Assembly (NCBI GenBank): GCA_038040195.1
Contig: JBBPIR010000001.1
Coordinates: 417,341-481,340, forward strand
Reading direction: 5' to 3'
DNA from: Chloroflexota bacterium
GTDB lineage: Bacteria; Chloroflexota; Limnocylindria; QHBO01
DNA length: 64,000 nt
Shown here: piece by piece, positions 21,831 to 30,471 of the stretch
How the letters are laid out: each line of letters starts with the position of its first letter
How positions within the stretch are numbered: position 1 is the first letter of the stretch
Notes under the pieces: generated by a model
Told to the model about the DNA's origin: nothing
Database searches by the model: none
What the model saw: the letters and a program-made list of their open reading frames with translations, nothing else
Position numbers and translations under genes: made by a program

Positions 21831-22451
21831 CTACCCGGCGCAATGCGGGATGTCCTCGTTCCTGCGGTTGTCGAACGTCTCGGTGCCGATGGGCGGACCG
21901 TCGATCCTCACCGAGGTGTCCACGATGTACACGCCCTCCTCGATTCGGTGGGCGAACCGGTCCATGCCGCGGGGCGCGGGTCCCGCGCGCTTCTCGCCCA
22001 GGACCGTGTACTTCGATCCGTGGCACAGGCACTCGAACCACATGCTGCGGTCGCACAGCTGGGGGACGTTGCAGCCCAGGTGCGGGCACTTGCGGTACAG
22101 GGCCACGATCTCGTCTCCAGGGTCGTCGAACTCCTCCCCGGTGCCGTCGACGCGGGCCTTTGCAGCGGGGACGTTGACGACGAACAGCCGAGCCTTGTTG
22201 TAGATGAAAGGCAGGCCGCGCACCCACTCCGGCTGCTGCCCCGCGATGTCCGCCGCCGTTCCCAGGGCGAGGTTCGGGTCTCCGAGGCCACCCTTGATGT
22301 TGGGCCACAGGAACAGGATTGTGCCGCCCAGGAACTGGAGGGTAAGCAGGCCGACGCCGACCCCTACCGCCCGGCGCAAGAACCCTCGGCGGCTGATCTC
22401 GCGGACCGGCGGACCGGGCTGCTCCCCCCAGCCCGACGGTTGGGTGGTCAC
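21831..22451 (-). CDS. Rieske [2Fe-2S] iron-sulfur protein of the cytochrome bc/b6f complex
   Basis: Tat-like signal (RRGFLRRAVGVGVGL); Rieske boxes CPHLGC and CLCHGS. Confidence 0.85.
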   Translation of the reverse strand: MTTQPSGWGEQPGPPVREISRRGFLRRAVGVGVGLLTLQFLGGTILFLWPNIKGGLGDPNLALGTAADIAGQQPEWVRGLPFIYNKARLFVVNVPAAKARVDGTGEEFDDPGDEIVALYRKCPHLGCNVPQLCDRSMWFECLCHGSKYTVLGEKRAGPAPRGMDRFAHRIEEGVYIVDTSVRIDGPPIGTETFDNRRNEDIPHCAG

Positions 22452-22461
22452 GGCGCGGGCC

Positions 22462-23082
22462 TCATAGGGTGAAGAAGATCCCCTCCCACGGCCAGACCCA
22501 GTTCCAGCCCGGGCCGCGGAAGAACGAGCCGATGAGCGTGACCCCGATGCCGAAGAACATGATGCACAGGAAGAAGATCCAGGCCACCTTGCGATCCCGA
22601 GCCGCCCGATACGGCGAGCGGTCCACGTAGGCGATCAGAGCCAGACCGATGAAATAGACGGGCGGGATGAACAGCCCGGAAATCGTGACGTTGAAATAGG
22701 ACAGGAGCTCCTGGAGGCCGAGGAAGTACCACGGCGCCTTGGCCACGTGGGGCGTGACGTTCACGTTGGCCTGCTCTTCCAGCGGGGCCATGACAAAGAA
22801 CGACATGACCAGCAGCAGGGCGGTGATGAGGCACGCCATCAGGAACTCGGCCCGCAGCAGGTGGGGCCAGGTCAGAACCGTCTCGTCAGGGCGCTTGTCG
22901 ACCCGGACCATCGACTCCTGGCGGACGTAGGCCAGCAGCCGGAAACGCTCAGTGCCCGGGGCACCGGGCGGCCCCGGGAGTTTGGGACCGGTCCCCGGAA
23001 CCGCGGGCGGGGTCGTCGGCACCGGCGCCTGGGTGGGCGCGTTCTTATCGGCCGTCGCGTTGGGACGCTTCTCGATGGTCAT
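22462..23082 (-). CDS. Cytochrome b6f subunit IV-like (C-terminal half of a split cytochrome b)
   Basis: Three TM helices with a PEWY-like motif (APWYF); Pro/Ala-rich N-terminal extension; directly follows the b6-like gene. Confidence 0.8.
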   Translation of the reverse strand: MTIEKRPNATADKNAPTQAPVPTTPPAVPGTGPKLPGPPGAPGTERFRLLAYVRQESMVRVDKRPDETVLTWPHLLRAEFLMACLITALLLVMSFFVMAPLEEQANVNVTPHVAKAPWYFLGLQELLSYFNVTISGLFIPPVYFIGLALIAYVDRSPYRAARDRKVAWIFFLCIMFFGIGVTLIGSFFRGPGWNWVWPWEGIFFTL

Positions 23083-23096
23083 CGGTCAATCCAGCC

Positions 23097-23840
23097 TCAT
23101 ACCGGTCCGCTGATGCCGCCGTCTTTCCGAATCCGCCAGAAGTGGATCATCAGGAAGATGGCGGTGATGAGCGGGAACGCGATGACGTGATAGACGTAGA
23201 ACCGGATCAGGGTTTCCGAACCGATGTCGATCCCGGCGAAGATGATGAAGGCAGACTCGGTCGGGACCGCCGGAGCGTAGGCCGCCATCGAGCTGCCGAC
23301 ATTCACGGCCCAGAAGGCAATCTGGTCCCACGGCAGGAGGTACCCGGTGAAGCTGAGCCACAGCGTGCAGAACAGGAGGAACGTCCCGACCGCCCAGTTC
23401 CATTCGCGGGGCGGCTTGTAGGCCCCGTGGTAGAAGACCCGCATCATGTGCAGGAACACGGTGAGCACCATCAGGTGCGCACCCCAGCGGTGCATGTTCC
23501 GCACCAGGGAGCCGAAGGCCACGCTGTTCTCGATGGCGATGATGTCCTGGTAGGCGCGGTCGACGGAGGGTATGTAGAAGAACATCAGGTACAGACCGGT
23601 CACAGTCAGGACCAGGAACAGGAAGAAGCTGACCCCGCCGAGGCAGAACGTGTACGTGTAGCGCACGGCGTGGCGCTTGACCCGCACCGGGTGCAGGTGC
23701 AGGAACACGTTGTTCATGACCGCCAGGGCGCGCGTCCGGCTGGTGGTGGGGTACGGCTGACGGATCAGGGAGCGCCAGAAGTTGGACTCCTTGATCAGCC
23801 GGATGGGCAGCCAGTCCTGACCGGGCGGCTTGCGGGTCAC
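23097..23840 (-). CDS. Cytochrome b6-like (N-terminal half of a split cytochrome b; haem b ligands)
   Basis: Four TM helices with conserved His pairs (RxxH...H in helices B and D: MHRWGAHLMVLTVFLHMMRVFYHGAY ... YVYHVIAFP). Confidence 0.85.
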   Translation of the reverse strand: MTRKPPGQDWLPIRLIKESNFWRSLIRQPYPTTSRTRALAVMNNVFLHLHPVRVKRHAVRYTYTFCLGGVSFFLFLVLTVTGLYLMFFYIPSVDRAYQDIIAIENSVAFGSLVRNMHRWGAHLMVLTVFLHMMRVFYHGAYKPPREWNWAVGTFLLFCTLWLSFTGYLLPWDQIAFWAVNVGSSMAAYAPAVPTESAFIIFAGIDIGSETLIRFYVYHVIAFPLITAIFLMIHFWRIRKDGGISGPV

Positions 23841-25855
23841 CGTTCGACCACCATTCCCGCCTGCTGGCCAACCTGCCCCAGCACGTTGTCCTTGTAGCTC
23901 TCTAGCAACACTTTGCCATCAGGGGTGAACCGCTCGAGCTCGAGGCGGTCCATCGTGATGCAGTTGGTCGGGCACCGCTCCACACACAGGTTGCATCGGA
24001 TGCAGCGCTCCTCGTCGATGACCATTGCGATGCCCCGCGGCCACGACTGGAAGAGGTCGACCTCGGGGTCGTCACCGCCCACCGTCGCCTTGTCGACCAT
24101 GTAGATGACGCCTTCGGGACAGACGTCGGCGCAGAGCCCACACAGGATACAGCGGGGTCCATCGATGCTGATGTTGTGGTTGCACTGGAGGCAGCGGGCC
24201 CCTTCGGCGACCGCGCCCCGCGTGTCGTAGCCGATCTCGACCAGCCCGCTAAAGTCGCGGCGCATCTCGGGCGGGGCCATGGGGATGTGCTGGCGCGGGA
24301 TGGCCTCATAGAAGCGCGGCATGTCGTGGTCCAGGGCCTGGGTGATCGTGGCCCGGTTGATGATGGGCAGCTCGGCCAGCTCCGCGTCCCGGACGCCTGA
24401 CAGCCAGCGGTCGACGGCACGGGCGCAGGTGCGACCCAGGCCGGCGGCCTCGATGATGGTGGCTGGTCCGGTCACGTAGTCCCCCACCGCGAAGACCCCG
24501 TCCACGTTGGAGGCGAACGTGTTGCGGTCGGTCACGATCTTGCCGCGCATCAGCTCGAATGAGAGCGCGTTGAGCTTACGACCGTCGGGCCCGACCGGGG
24601 TGGTGCCGTTGAGCGGCTCGCGGCCCCACGACGAAATCGAGCCGCCTTTCACCACCTCGCGGGTATCGGTCACCCCGATGTGGCGGTTAAGGGGAGAGCC
24701 GTACTCGCCCAGGACGTTGTTGTCGGGTGACTGGCTCGTGCACGGGATGACCATGTCGCACGGGATCACGAACTCGCTGCCGGGGATCGGCTCCGCGGTG
24801 CGGCGGCCCGAGGCGTCCGGCTCGCCCAGGCGGGTGCGCTGGAAGACCGCGCCCTTCACCCGGCCCTGCTCATCGGCCAGGATCTCCACCGGGGCTCCGA
24901 AGTACTCGAAGCGGACCCCCTCGAAGCGCGTCTCGTGCTGCTCTTCCTCGTCGACGACCATCTCCTCGGGACCGCGGCGGTAGACCACCGTGCTGGTCTT
25001 GGCCCCGATCCGAAGGGCGGTCCGCGACGAGTCCATGGCCGTGTAGCCGCCACCGATGACCACGACGTGCTGGCCGACCCATTGCTCCTGGCCCAGGTTG
25101 GCGCGCTTCAGGAAGTCGACGCCGTAGATGACCCCGTCCAGCTCCTCGCCAGGGACGTTCATGGCGACCGGGTACATGCAGCCGGTGGCCACCACCACCG
25201 CGTCGTGCCGGGCGCGCAGCTCGTCCATGGTGACGTCCCGGCCGACCTCCACGTTGTAGTGGAACTCGGCGCCGTGCTTGGCCACCCAGTTGACGTCCAG
25301 CTCGATGACGTCGCGCGGCAGACGGAAGGCCGGCACGCCGATCAGGCAGGTGCCGCCGCCGGACGGCAACGCGTCGTAGATATCGACCTTGTGCCCCCAA
25401 CCGGCGAGCTCCTTGGCCGCGCTGAGCCCGGCCGGTCCGGCCCCGATGACCGCAACGCTCTTGCCGGTCGACGGCGCGACCTGGATGTCGTCGGGCATGT
25501 TGTTGGCGTAATGCCAGTCGACGAGGAACCGCTTCATCGCCCGGATGGCGAGTGGCTTGTCGATGTCGCCACGCCGGCAGGCCTTCTCGCATGGCGCCGA
25601 GCACACGTAGCCGCATATGGCGGCCACCGGGTTCGGGTCGCGGGCCAGGATGTAGCCCTCTTCGAACCGGCCCTCAGCGGCCAACATCAGGTAGCCGCGG
25701 CAGTTCGTGTTGACCGGGCAGCCTTCCTGGCACTCGATGTTGCACTGGAGCCAGTCGACGCCGACTTCGGCGGTCTGGAAGCGCAGGGGCACCGCGTCCT
25801 GAGAGGTCACGGGCGTTCGGAGCTCATCCAGCGTCCCCTTTGGCTCCCCCTGCAC
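23837..25855 (-). CDS. GltD-like NAD(P)H-dependent FAD flavoprotein with N-terminal [4Fe-4S] region and C-terminal 2x[4Fe-4S] ferredoxin domain
   Basis: Cys clusters (CNIECQEGCP...CGYVCSAPCEKAC); two Rossmann GxGxxG motifs (VIGAGPAGLSAA, VVVIGGGYTAMD); FAD motif VFAVGD; ferredoxin motifs (CLQCNHNISIDGPRCILCGLCADVCP and CIRCNLCVERCP); stop overlaps the b6 start. Confidence 0.8.
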   Translation of the reverse strand: MQGEPKGTLDELRTPVTSQDAVPLRFQTAEVGVDWLQCNIECQEGCPVNTNCRGYLMLAAEGRFEEGYILARDPNPVAAICGYVCSAPCEKACRRGDIDKPLAIRAMKRFLVDWHYANNMPDDIQVAPSTGKSVAVIGAGPAGLSAAKELAGWGHKVDIYDALPSGGGTCLIGVPAFRLPRDVIELDVNWVAKHGAEFHYNVEVGRDVTMDELRARHDAVVVATGCMYPVAMNVPGEELDGVIYGVDFLKRANLGQEQWVGQHVVVIGGGYTAMDSSRTALRIGAKTSTVVYRRGPEEMVVDEEEQHETRFEGVRFEYFGAPVEILADEQGRVKGAVFQRTRLGEPDASGRRTAEPIPGSEFVIPCDMVIPCTSQSPDNNVLGEYGSPLNRHIGVTDTREVVKGGSISSWGREPLNGTTPVGPDGRKLNALSFELMRGKIVTDRNTFASNVDGVFAVGDYVTGPATIIEAAGLGRTCARAVDRWLSGVRDAELAELPIINRATITQALDHDMPRFYEAIPRQHIPMAPPEMRRDFSGLVEIGYDTRGAVAEGARCLQCNHNISIDGPRCILCGLCADVCPEGVIYMVDKATVGGDDPEVDLFQSWPRGIAMVIDEERCIRCNLCVERCPTNCITMDRLELERFTPDGKVLLESYKDNVLGQVGQQAGMVVER

Positions 25856-25963
25856 TGAGCGGCGGAATCCGGCGTCGGACCGGTCCCCGGAAGCGGAAAC
25901 CGGCGATTCGATGCTACCCGTCGCCCACTCGTGGTGTCAAAGACGGGACACCGTGCTGAGGGT

Positions 25964-28066
25964 CTAGGGGAAGAAATGGGCGGCCATGACGCGGCGGACG
26001 AGAGGGGCGGCGTCCGAGCCCCCGGTTCCCAGGTGCACGCGGGCCAGGAGCGTGGCCACCACGATCTCCGGGTCGTCGGACGGGGCGAAGGCCGGAAACA
26101 GGGCATGGGGATCGGGACCGCCGGTTTCCGCCGTCCCGCTCTTGCCGGCGACGGGGATGCCAAACCCGGCAAAGGCCGCCGTCCCGGTGCCGTAGGAGTA
26201 GGTCGTCACGGCCTCCAGCGCCGTTACCAGGTATTCCAACTGGTCGGGGGTCATGGCGATCCGGCGTCGAACCTCGGGCCGGGTCACGAGCAGCGACTCC
26301 CCGTTGGGACCGGTCGCGTGCGCCACGAGACGCGGCATCCACAACGTCCCCCGGTTCGCGAACGCGGCGTAGGCCAGCGCCATTTGAAGCTGCGTACCGA
26401 GGAAGGATCCCTGGCCGATAGCCATCTGGACCTGATCGAAGGGTCCGAACGGTATGTACCCCCCGGAGGAGCGTGGATGTTCCTCGAACCACAGGGCATC
26501 GGGCAGTACGCCGGCTGTTTCGGAGACCCAGCCGATGCCGGTGGGTTGCCCGAACCCGAAGTCGGCGATGAGATCGGTCAGGGCGTCGACGTCGCGCTCG
26601 TAGACCAGCATGGACAACGGCATGTAGGTCGTGTTGCAGCTGAAGGCCATGGCCTCCACCAGCGAGACCGTGCCGGGCAGCAGGTGATAGAGGTAGTTTT
26701 GGAAGGTGAAGCCCTGCAGGTCCCAGGTCGGCTGACACGGCATCCGGGTTGCCGGCGTGGCCACCCCGATCTGGAGCGCCGCCGCCAGGGTGAACGGCTT
26801 GAACGACGAGCCGGTGGGATATGCAGACTCGGTGGCGTGGTTGAGCAGCTGGCTGGCGCTGGGCGCGCCCAGCGGCACCCCGCCCAGGGTGGTGCCCAGG
26901 GTCATCGCGTTGGGGTTAAACGCGGGAGCCGAGACCAGGGCCCAGATGTCGCCGCTATGGGGATCGACCACCACGGTGGCAGCTTCGGGATAGGGGGCCA
27001 GTGCCGCCTCGGCGGTGCGTTGGAGTTCGGGTCGAAGAGTCAGGACCACGTCCGCGCCCGGGATTGCGGCCCGCTCCACGACCCGCTGGGCCGCTCCACC
27101 GTATGGCGCGGCCAGGACGCTGAATCCGGCACGCCCCCGCAGGATCGACTCCGCGCTGGCCTCCACCCCCAAACGGCCCGCCAACTGGCCGGCCGCGTAG
27201 CCGTCGGCTGGCGGCCATGCGGCCGCCTCGGCATCGGTGAGCGGGGTCACGTAGCCCACCGTCTGGCCGGCCAGCGTCTCCTGGGGGTACACGCGGATGC
27301 CATCCGCGCGGGTCTCGGCCAGGACCGTTCCGTCGGCGGCCAGGATCCGACCACGGGCGGGGAGGGGGCCGCGGTCCAAGCTGAACGTGCCGCCGGTCGC
27401 GCCCAGCTCGGGGAATAGGAATGCCGGCGTCCAGCGCACCTCCCAGCCACGAGCCCCCCGGGTGAGCTCGACCACCCGATCCAGGACGATGTCTCCGAAC
27501 ACGGTGGATTGGAAAGTGAGACGCACGGGAACCGCCTGGCCCGGAACGGGTCCGAGCACCACCGCCTGGGGATCGATGGCCGGAGCGGGCGAGCTGCCCG
27601 GAACGGGCGGCCGGGCGAACCGCGACCGCGCGACCGGCGGCGGAGGCACCGGCAGATCCGGTGGCCGAGCTTCAGGCGGTTGGGCCGCGGCGCGAGGTGA
27701 GCCAACAGCCAAGTGCATCTCGGTCAGGCCGATGACCTCCGCGAAGCGAGCATGGAGATCGGCGAACCCGACCCGCGTATAGCGTTCGCGATCGGCGGCC
27801 GCCATGACATCGTGCATGTGGTCGTAGTCCCGAATCCGCCACAGGGTGAGGAAAAGCTCCACTGCTGCGCGCGGCTGGACACCGGCGTCCAGTGCCATCC
27901 CGCCACCGGCGGTGGTGACGGGAGGCAGGGCGGCGCCCAGGAGAACCGCCAGCACCAGGCCGGCGGTCGCCGCGCGCGGAGGCGCCGACCTCAAGAAGCT
28001 GCGGCGGGACGGCCCGCGAGCGGGATCACGATGTCCCGGGCCGGGTCCAGGTGGCGGCTGCCCCAC
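25964..28066 (-). CDS. Penicillin-binding protein (class B transpeptidase, FtsI/PBP2-like) with NTF2-like N-terminal domain
   Basis: Transpeptidase motifs SxxK (GSSFKP), SxN (FSCNT), KTG-type (AGKSGTA); start uncertain because the ORF overlaps the upstream gene by 76 nt (possible internal start near 27898). Confidence 0.8.
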   Translation of the reverse strand: MGQPPPGPGPGHRDPARGPSRRSFLRSAPPRAATAGLVLAVLLGAALPPVTTAGGGMALDAGVQPRAAVELFLTLWRIRDYDHMHDVMAAADRERYTRVGFADLHARFAEVIGLTEMHLAVGSPRAAAQPPEARPPDLPVPPPPVARSRFARPPVPGSSPAPAIDPQAVVLGPVPGQAVPVRLTFQSTVFGDIVLDRVVELTRGARGWEVRWTPAFLFPELGATGGTFSLDRGPLPARGRILAADGTVLAETRADGIRVYPQETLAGQTVGYVTPLTDAEAAAWPPADGYAAGQLAGRLGVEASAESILRGRAGFSVLAAPYGGAAQRVVERAAIPGADVVLTLRPELQRTAEAALAPYPEAATVVVDPHSGDIWALVSAPAFNPNAMTLGTTLGGVPLGAPSASQLLNHATESAYPTGSSFKPFTLAAALQIGVATPATRMPCQPTWDLQGFTFQNYLYHLLPGTVSLVEAMAFSCNTTYMPLSMLVYERDVDALTDLIADFGFGQPTGIGWVSETAGVLPDALWFEEHPRSSGGYIPFGPFDQVQMAIGQGSFLGTQLQMALAYAAFANRGTLWMPRLVAHATGPNGESLLVTRPEVRRRIAMTPDQLEYLVTALEAVTTYSYGTGTAAFAGFGIPVAGKSGTAETGGPDPHALFPAFAPSDDPEIVVATLLARVHLGTGGSDAAPLVRRVMAAHFFP

Positions 28067-30468
28067 TCCCCGATCCGCGGATCGTGGGTGAACAGGATGA
28101 CCTGTCGCTCCCCGCTGAGCTCGTGGAGGACCCCGAGGAGCGCCTCACGTCGGGTGTCGTCTGCCTGGGCGGTCACCTCGTCCAGGATGAGGGGCGCCGT
28201 CTCGCCCGTCGTGACCAGGTGCTGGGCCATGGCCACCCGGAGCAGCAGGTAGATCTGCTCCCGGGTCCCCTCCGACAGGCGCCACGCATCGCGCCATTGG
28301 CGGGTCGCCGCTTCTCTGACCCGGACGCGCAGGTCGCGAGGATCGACGCTGACGTCGAGGTAGGCGCCGCCGGTGATGCGGGGCAGCCAGCGTCGAACCG
28401 TGTCGGCCAGCACCGGCGCGAGGTCGCGATGGACCTGTTCCTCGGCGTTGCGCAGCAGGGCCAGCGTTCGGTCCAGGACCTCCGCCATGGTCACGACTCG
28501 TTGGAGCTCGACGCCGGCGGCCTCGACCGCCTCCTCGGCCTCCGCCACGCTCGGCAGACTGGCGTCCAGCTGGCGCGCCTCGCCCTCGAGTGTCGCCGCC
28601 GCCCGTTCGGCGGTGAGCAGCTCGGCTTGGCCGGCGGCGAGCGCTTTCTCGGCCGCAGCCGTGGCGAGGCCGGCGTCGGCACCGACGGGCACCGCGACCG
28701 ATGTGGACAGACCGGCCGCCGCCATTCGTCGCGCGGCATCGGCGGCCTCCGACTCCAGCTGCCCGATGCTGCGGCCGTCAAGCAGGTCGCTGAGCTCCTG
28801 CCACTCCGCGATTGCCTGCTGGCCGGTCTGCAGATCGGCGAGGCGACGGCGCTGCCACGCCTCGAGGTCGCTCACGACGCGTTCGGGGTCATTCCCGTTG
28901 AGTGGTTGTCCAATGCGCTGGGCGGCCGCTCGGACCTCGGACTCGGCGCGGGCAATGGCGGCGGCCGCCTCAGCCGCCGTGCCCTCCAGCTGGCGACGGG
29001 ATTCGAGCTGCCGGCGCAGAGGCTCGGCCTGGGCGGCGGTGGCCGCCTCCTCCGCTCGCTGTGCGCAGGCGGCCAAGTAGGCGGCAACGGCCGCGCGCAG
29101 GTCGCCCTCACCGGGCGCGCCACGGGCAGTCAGCGCCTCGCGGACCGACCGCCCAGACCGCCCAACGCGGGCCGCGACGTCCTCCTGCCGACGCCCCCAA
29201 TCCGCAGCTGCGCCGGCCCCGCCCGTCCGCTGGCGGATCGTGATCCAGGCCGTGAATCCGAGCCCGAGGGCAATCAGGATGAGCCCAACCAGCGGTGCAC
29301 CCAGCAATACGGCGCTCAAACCGGCCGCCGCGGCCAGTAGGCCGCCGCCCACAAGCAGCCGCTCGCCCGAGGCGCCCGGCGCAGGGTGCCCACCGGGTTG
29401 CCGGAGCTCAGCAGCGGCGCCCTCGGCCTGGTCAAGCGCGCTCACCGCGTCCATGACCGACACATGGGGCGCTATGTCGCCCTGGGGCGCGGGCGGCAGC
29501 GCGGCCAGCCGCCGCGAGATGGCTTCGGCGTCCGGCCCGTCCAGGACGGCCGTCGCCGGTCGACCCCGCCACGCCTCCAGCGCGGTGGCCACACGGGCCG
29601 TTTCGTGTTCCACGGCGGCGAGTGTTGCCGGCGGACCGCTGTTGCGGGCGGCCAGCTCCGCGGCGCGGCGAGCGCGGGCCACGAGCGCAATGGCCCTGGA
29701 CTGCTCCACGGCGGCCTCGGCCTGGGCCAGCCGATCCCGAGCGGAAACGACCCGCCAGGCTGCGACCTGTGCATCGGCCGCCCGAGCCAGGTCACGCTGG
29801 TGTCGAGCCCGGGCATCGGCTACAACGCGCTCGGCATCCGCGGCTGCATGGCGCGCTTGGCGCAGGGGCCCGACCGCGACGCGGGTGTCGGCGCCTACGG
29901 CGGACTTCCGGAAATCGGTCAATCGGCCAATGGCTTCTGCCGCAGTGGAGTCCCGTCCGGCGGTGGCTGCGGCCCGCTGCATGTCGTCCTGGAGCCCATC
30001 GGCGGCATCCACGACGGCGAGGATGCGCGCCTGGTCGACCGATACGGTGGCGGCGAAGGCCTGCCGGTCAAGGCCCAGCCACCGCGATGCGTCCGGGCTG
30101 CCCTCGACGATGATCTCGGCCGACACGTCCCGCCCCAGACCGACATCCACCGCCCGGCAGTCAACCCGGCCAGCCAGGTCCTGGCTGATGTCGATCACGC
30201 GGCCGTCATCCAGATGCAGGCGGGCCTCGACCTCCCATGGGCCATCCGCCTCGTCCCACGGACGGTGCCGCTCCTCGAGCTCGAGGTCCTCCTTCGTCCG
30301 GCCCCCGCGCCCGCGCCGCCGACCGGTCAACGCCAGGCGCAGCGCGGCGTGCCAGGAGGACTTGCCCGCCTCGTTTGGGCCGACCACCACGGCCAGACCG
30401 GGGCGCAGTTCGAGGATGGCGTCGCGGAAGGGCCCGAATGCGCGCGCGGACACTCGCTCAACCCACAT
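27991..30468 (-). CDS. SbcC/Rad50-like SMC-family ATPase with central transmembrane hairpin (SbcE/YhaN-like)
   Basis: Walker A GPNEAGKSS; long Ala/Glu/Arg-rich coiled-coil; two adjacent hydrophobic helices mid-protein (LLVGGGLLAAAAGLSAVLLGAPLVGLILIALGLGFTAWITI); C-terminal signature-like LSEGTREQ, Walker B LILDEV and H-loop FTHD. Confidence 0.75.
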   Translation of the reverse strand: MWVERVSARAFGPFRDAILELRPGLAVVVGPNEAGKSSWHAALRLALTGRRRGRGGRTKEDLELEERHRPWDEADGPWEVEARLHLDDGRVIDISQDLAGRVDCRAVDVGLGRDVSAEIIVEGSPDASRWLGLDRQAFAATVSVDQARILAVVDAADGLQDDMQRAAATAGRDSTAAEAIGRLTDFRKSAVGADTRVAVGPLRQARHAAADAERVVADARARHQRDLARAADAQVAAWRVVSARDRLAQAEAAVEQSRAIALVARARRAAELAARNSGPPATLAAVEHETARVATALEAWRGRPATAVLDGPDAEAISRRLAALPPAPQGDIAPHVSVMDAVSALDQAEGAAAELRQPGGHPAPGASGERLLVGGGLLAAAAGLSAVLLGAPLVGLILIALGLGFTAWITIRQRTGGAGAAADWGRRQEDVAARVGRSGRSVREALTARGAPGEGDLRAAVAAYLAACAQRAEEAATAAQAEPLRRQLESRRQLEGTAAEAAAAIARAESEVRAAAQRIGQPLNGNDPERVVSDLEAWQRRRLADLQTGQQAIAEWQELSDLLDGRSIGQLESEAADAARRMAAAGLSTSVAVPVGADAGLATAAAEKALAAGQAELLTAERAAATLEGEARQLDASLPSVAEAEEAVEAAGVELQRVVTMAEVLDRTLALLRNAEEQVHRDLAPVLADTVRRWLPRITGGAYLDVSVDPRDLRVRVREAATRQWRDAWRLSEGTREQIYLLLRVAMAQHLVTTGETAPLILDEVTAQADDTRREALLGVLHELSGERQVILFTHDPRIGEWGSRHLDPARDIVIPLAGRPAAAS

Positions 30469-30471
30469 CGG

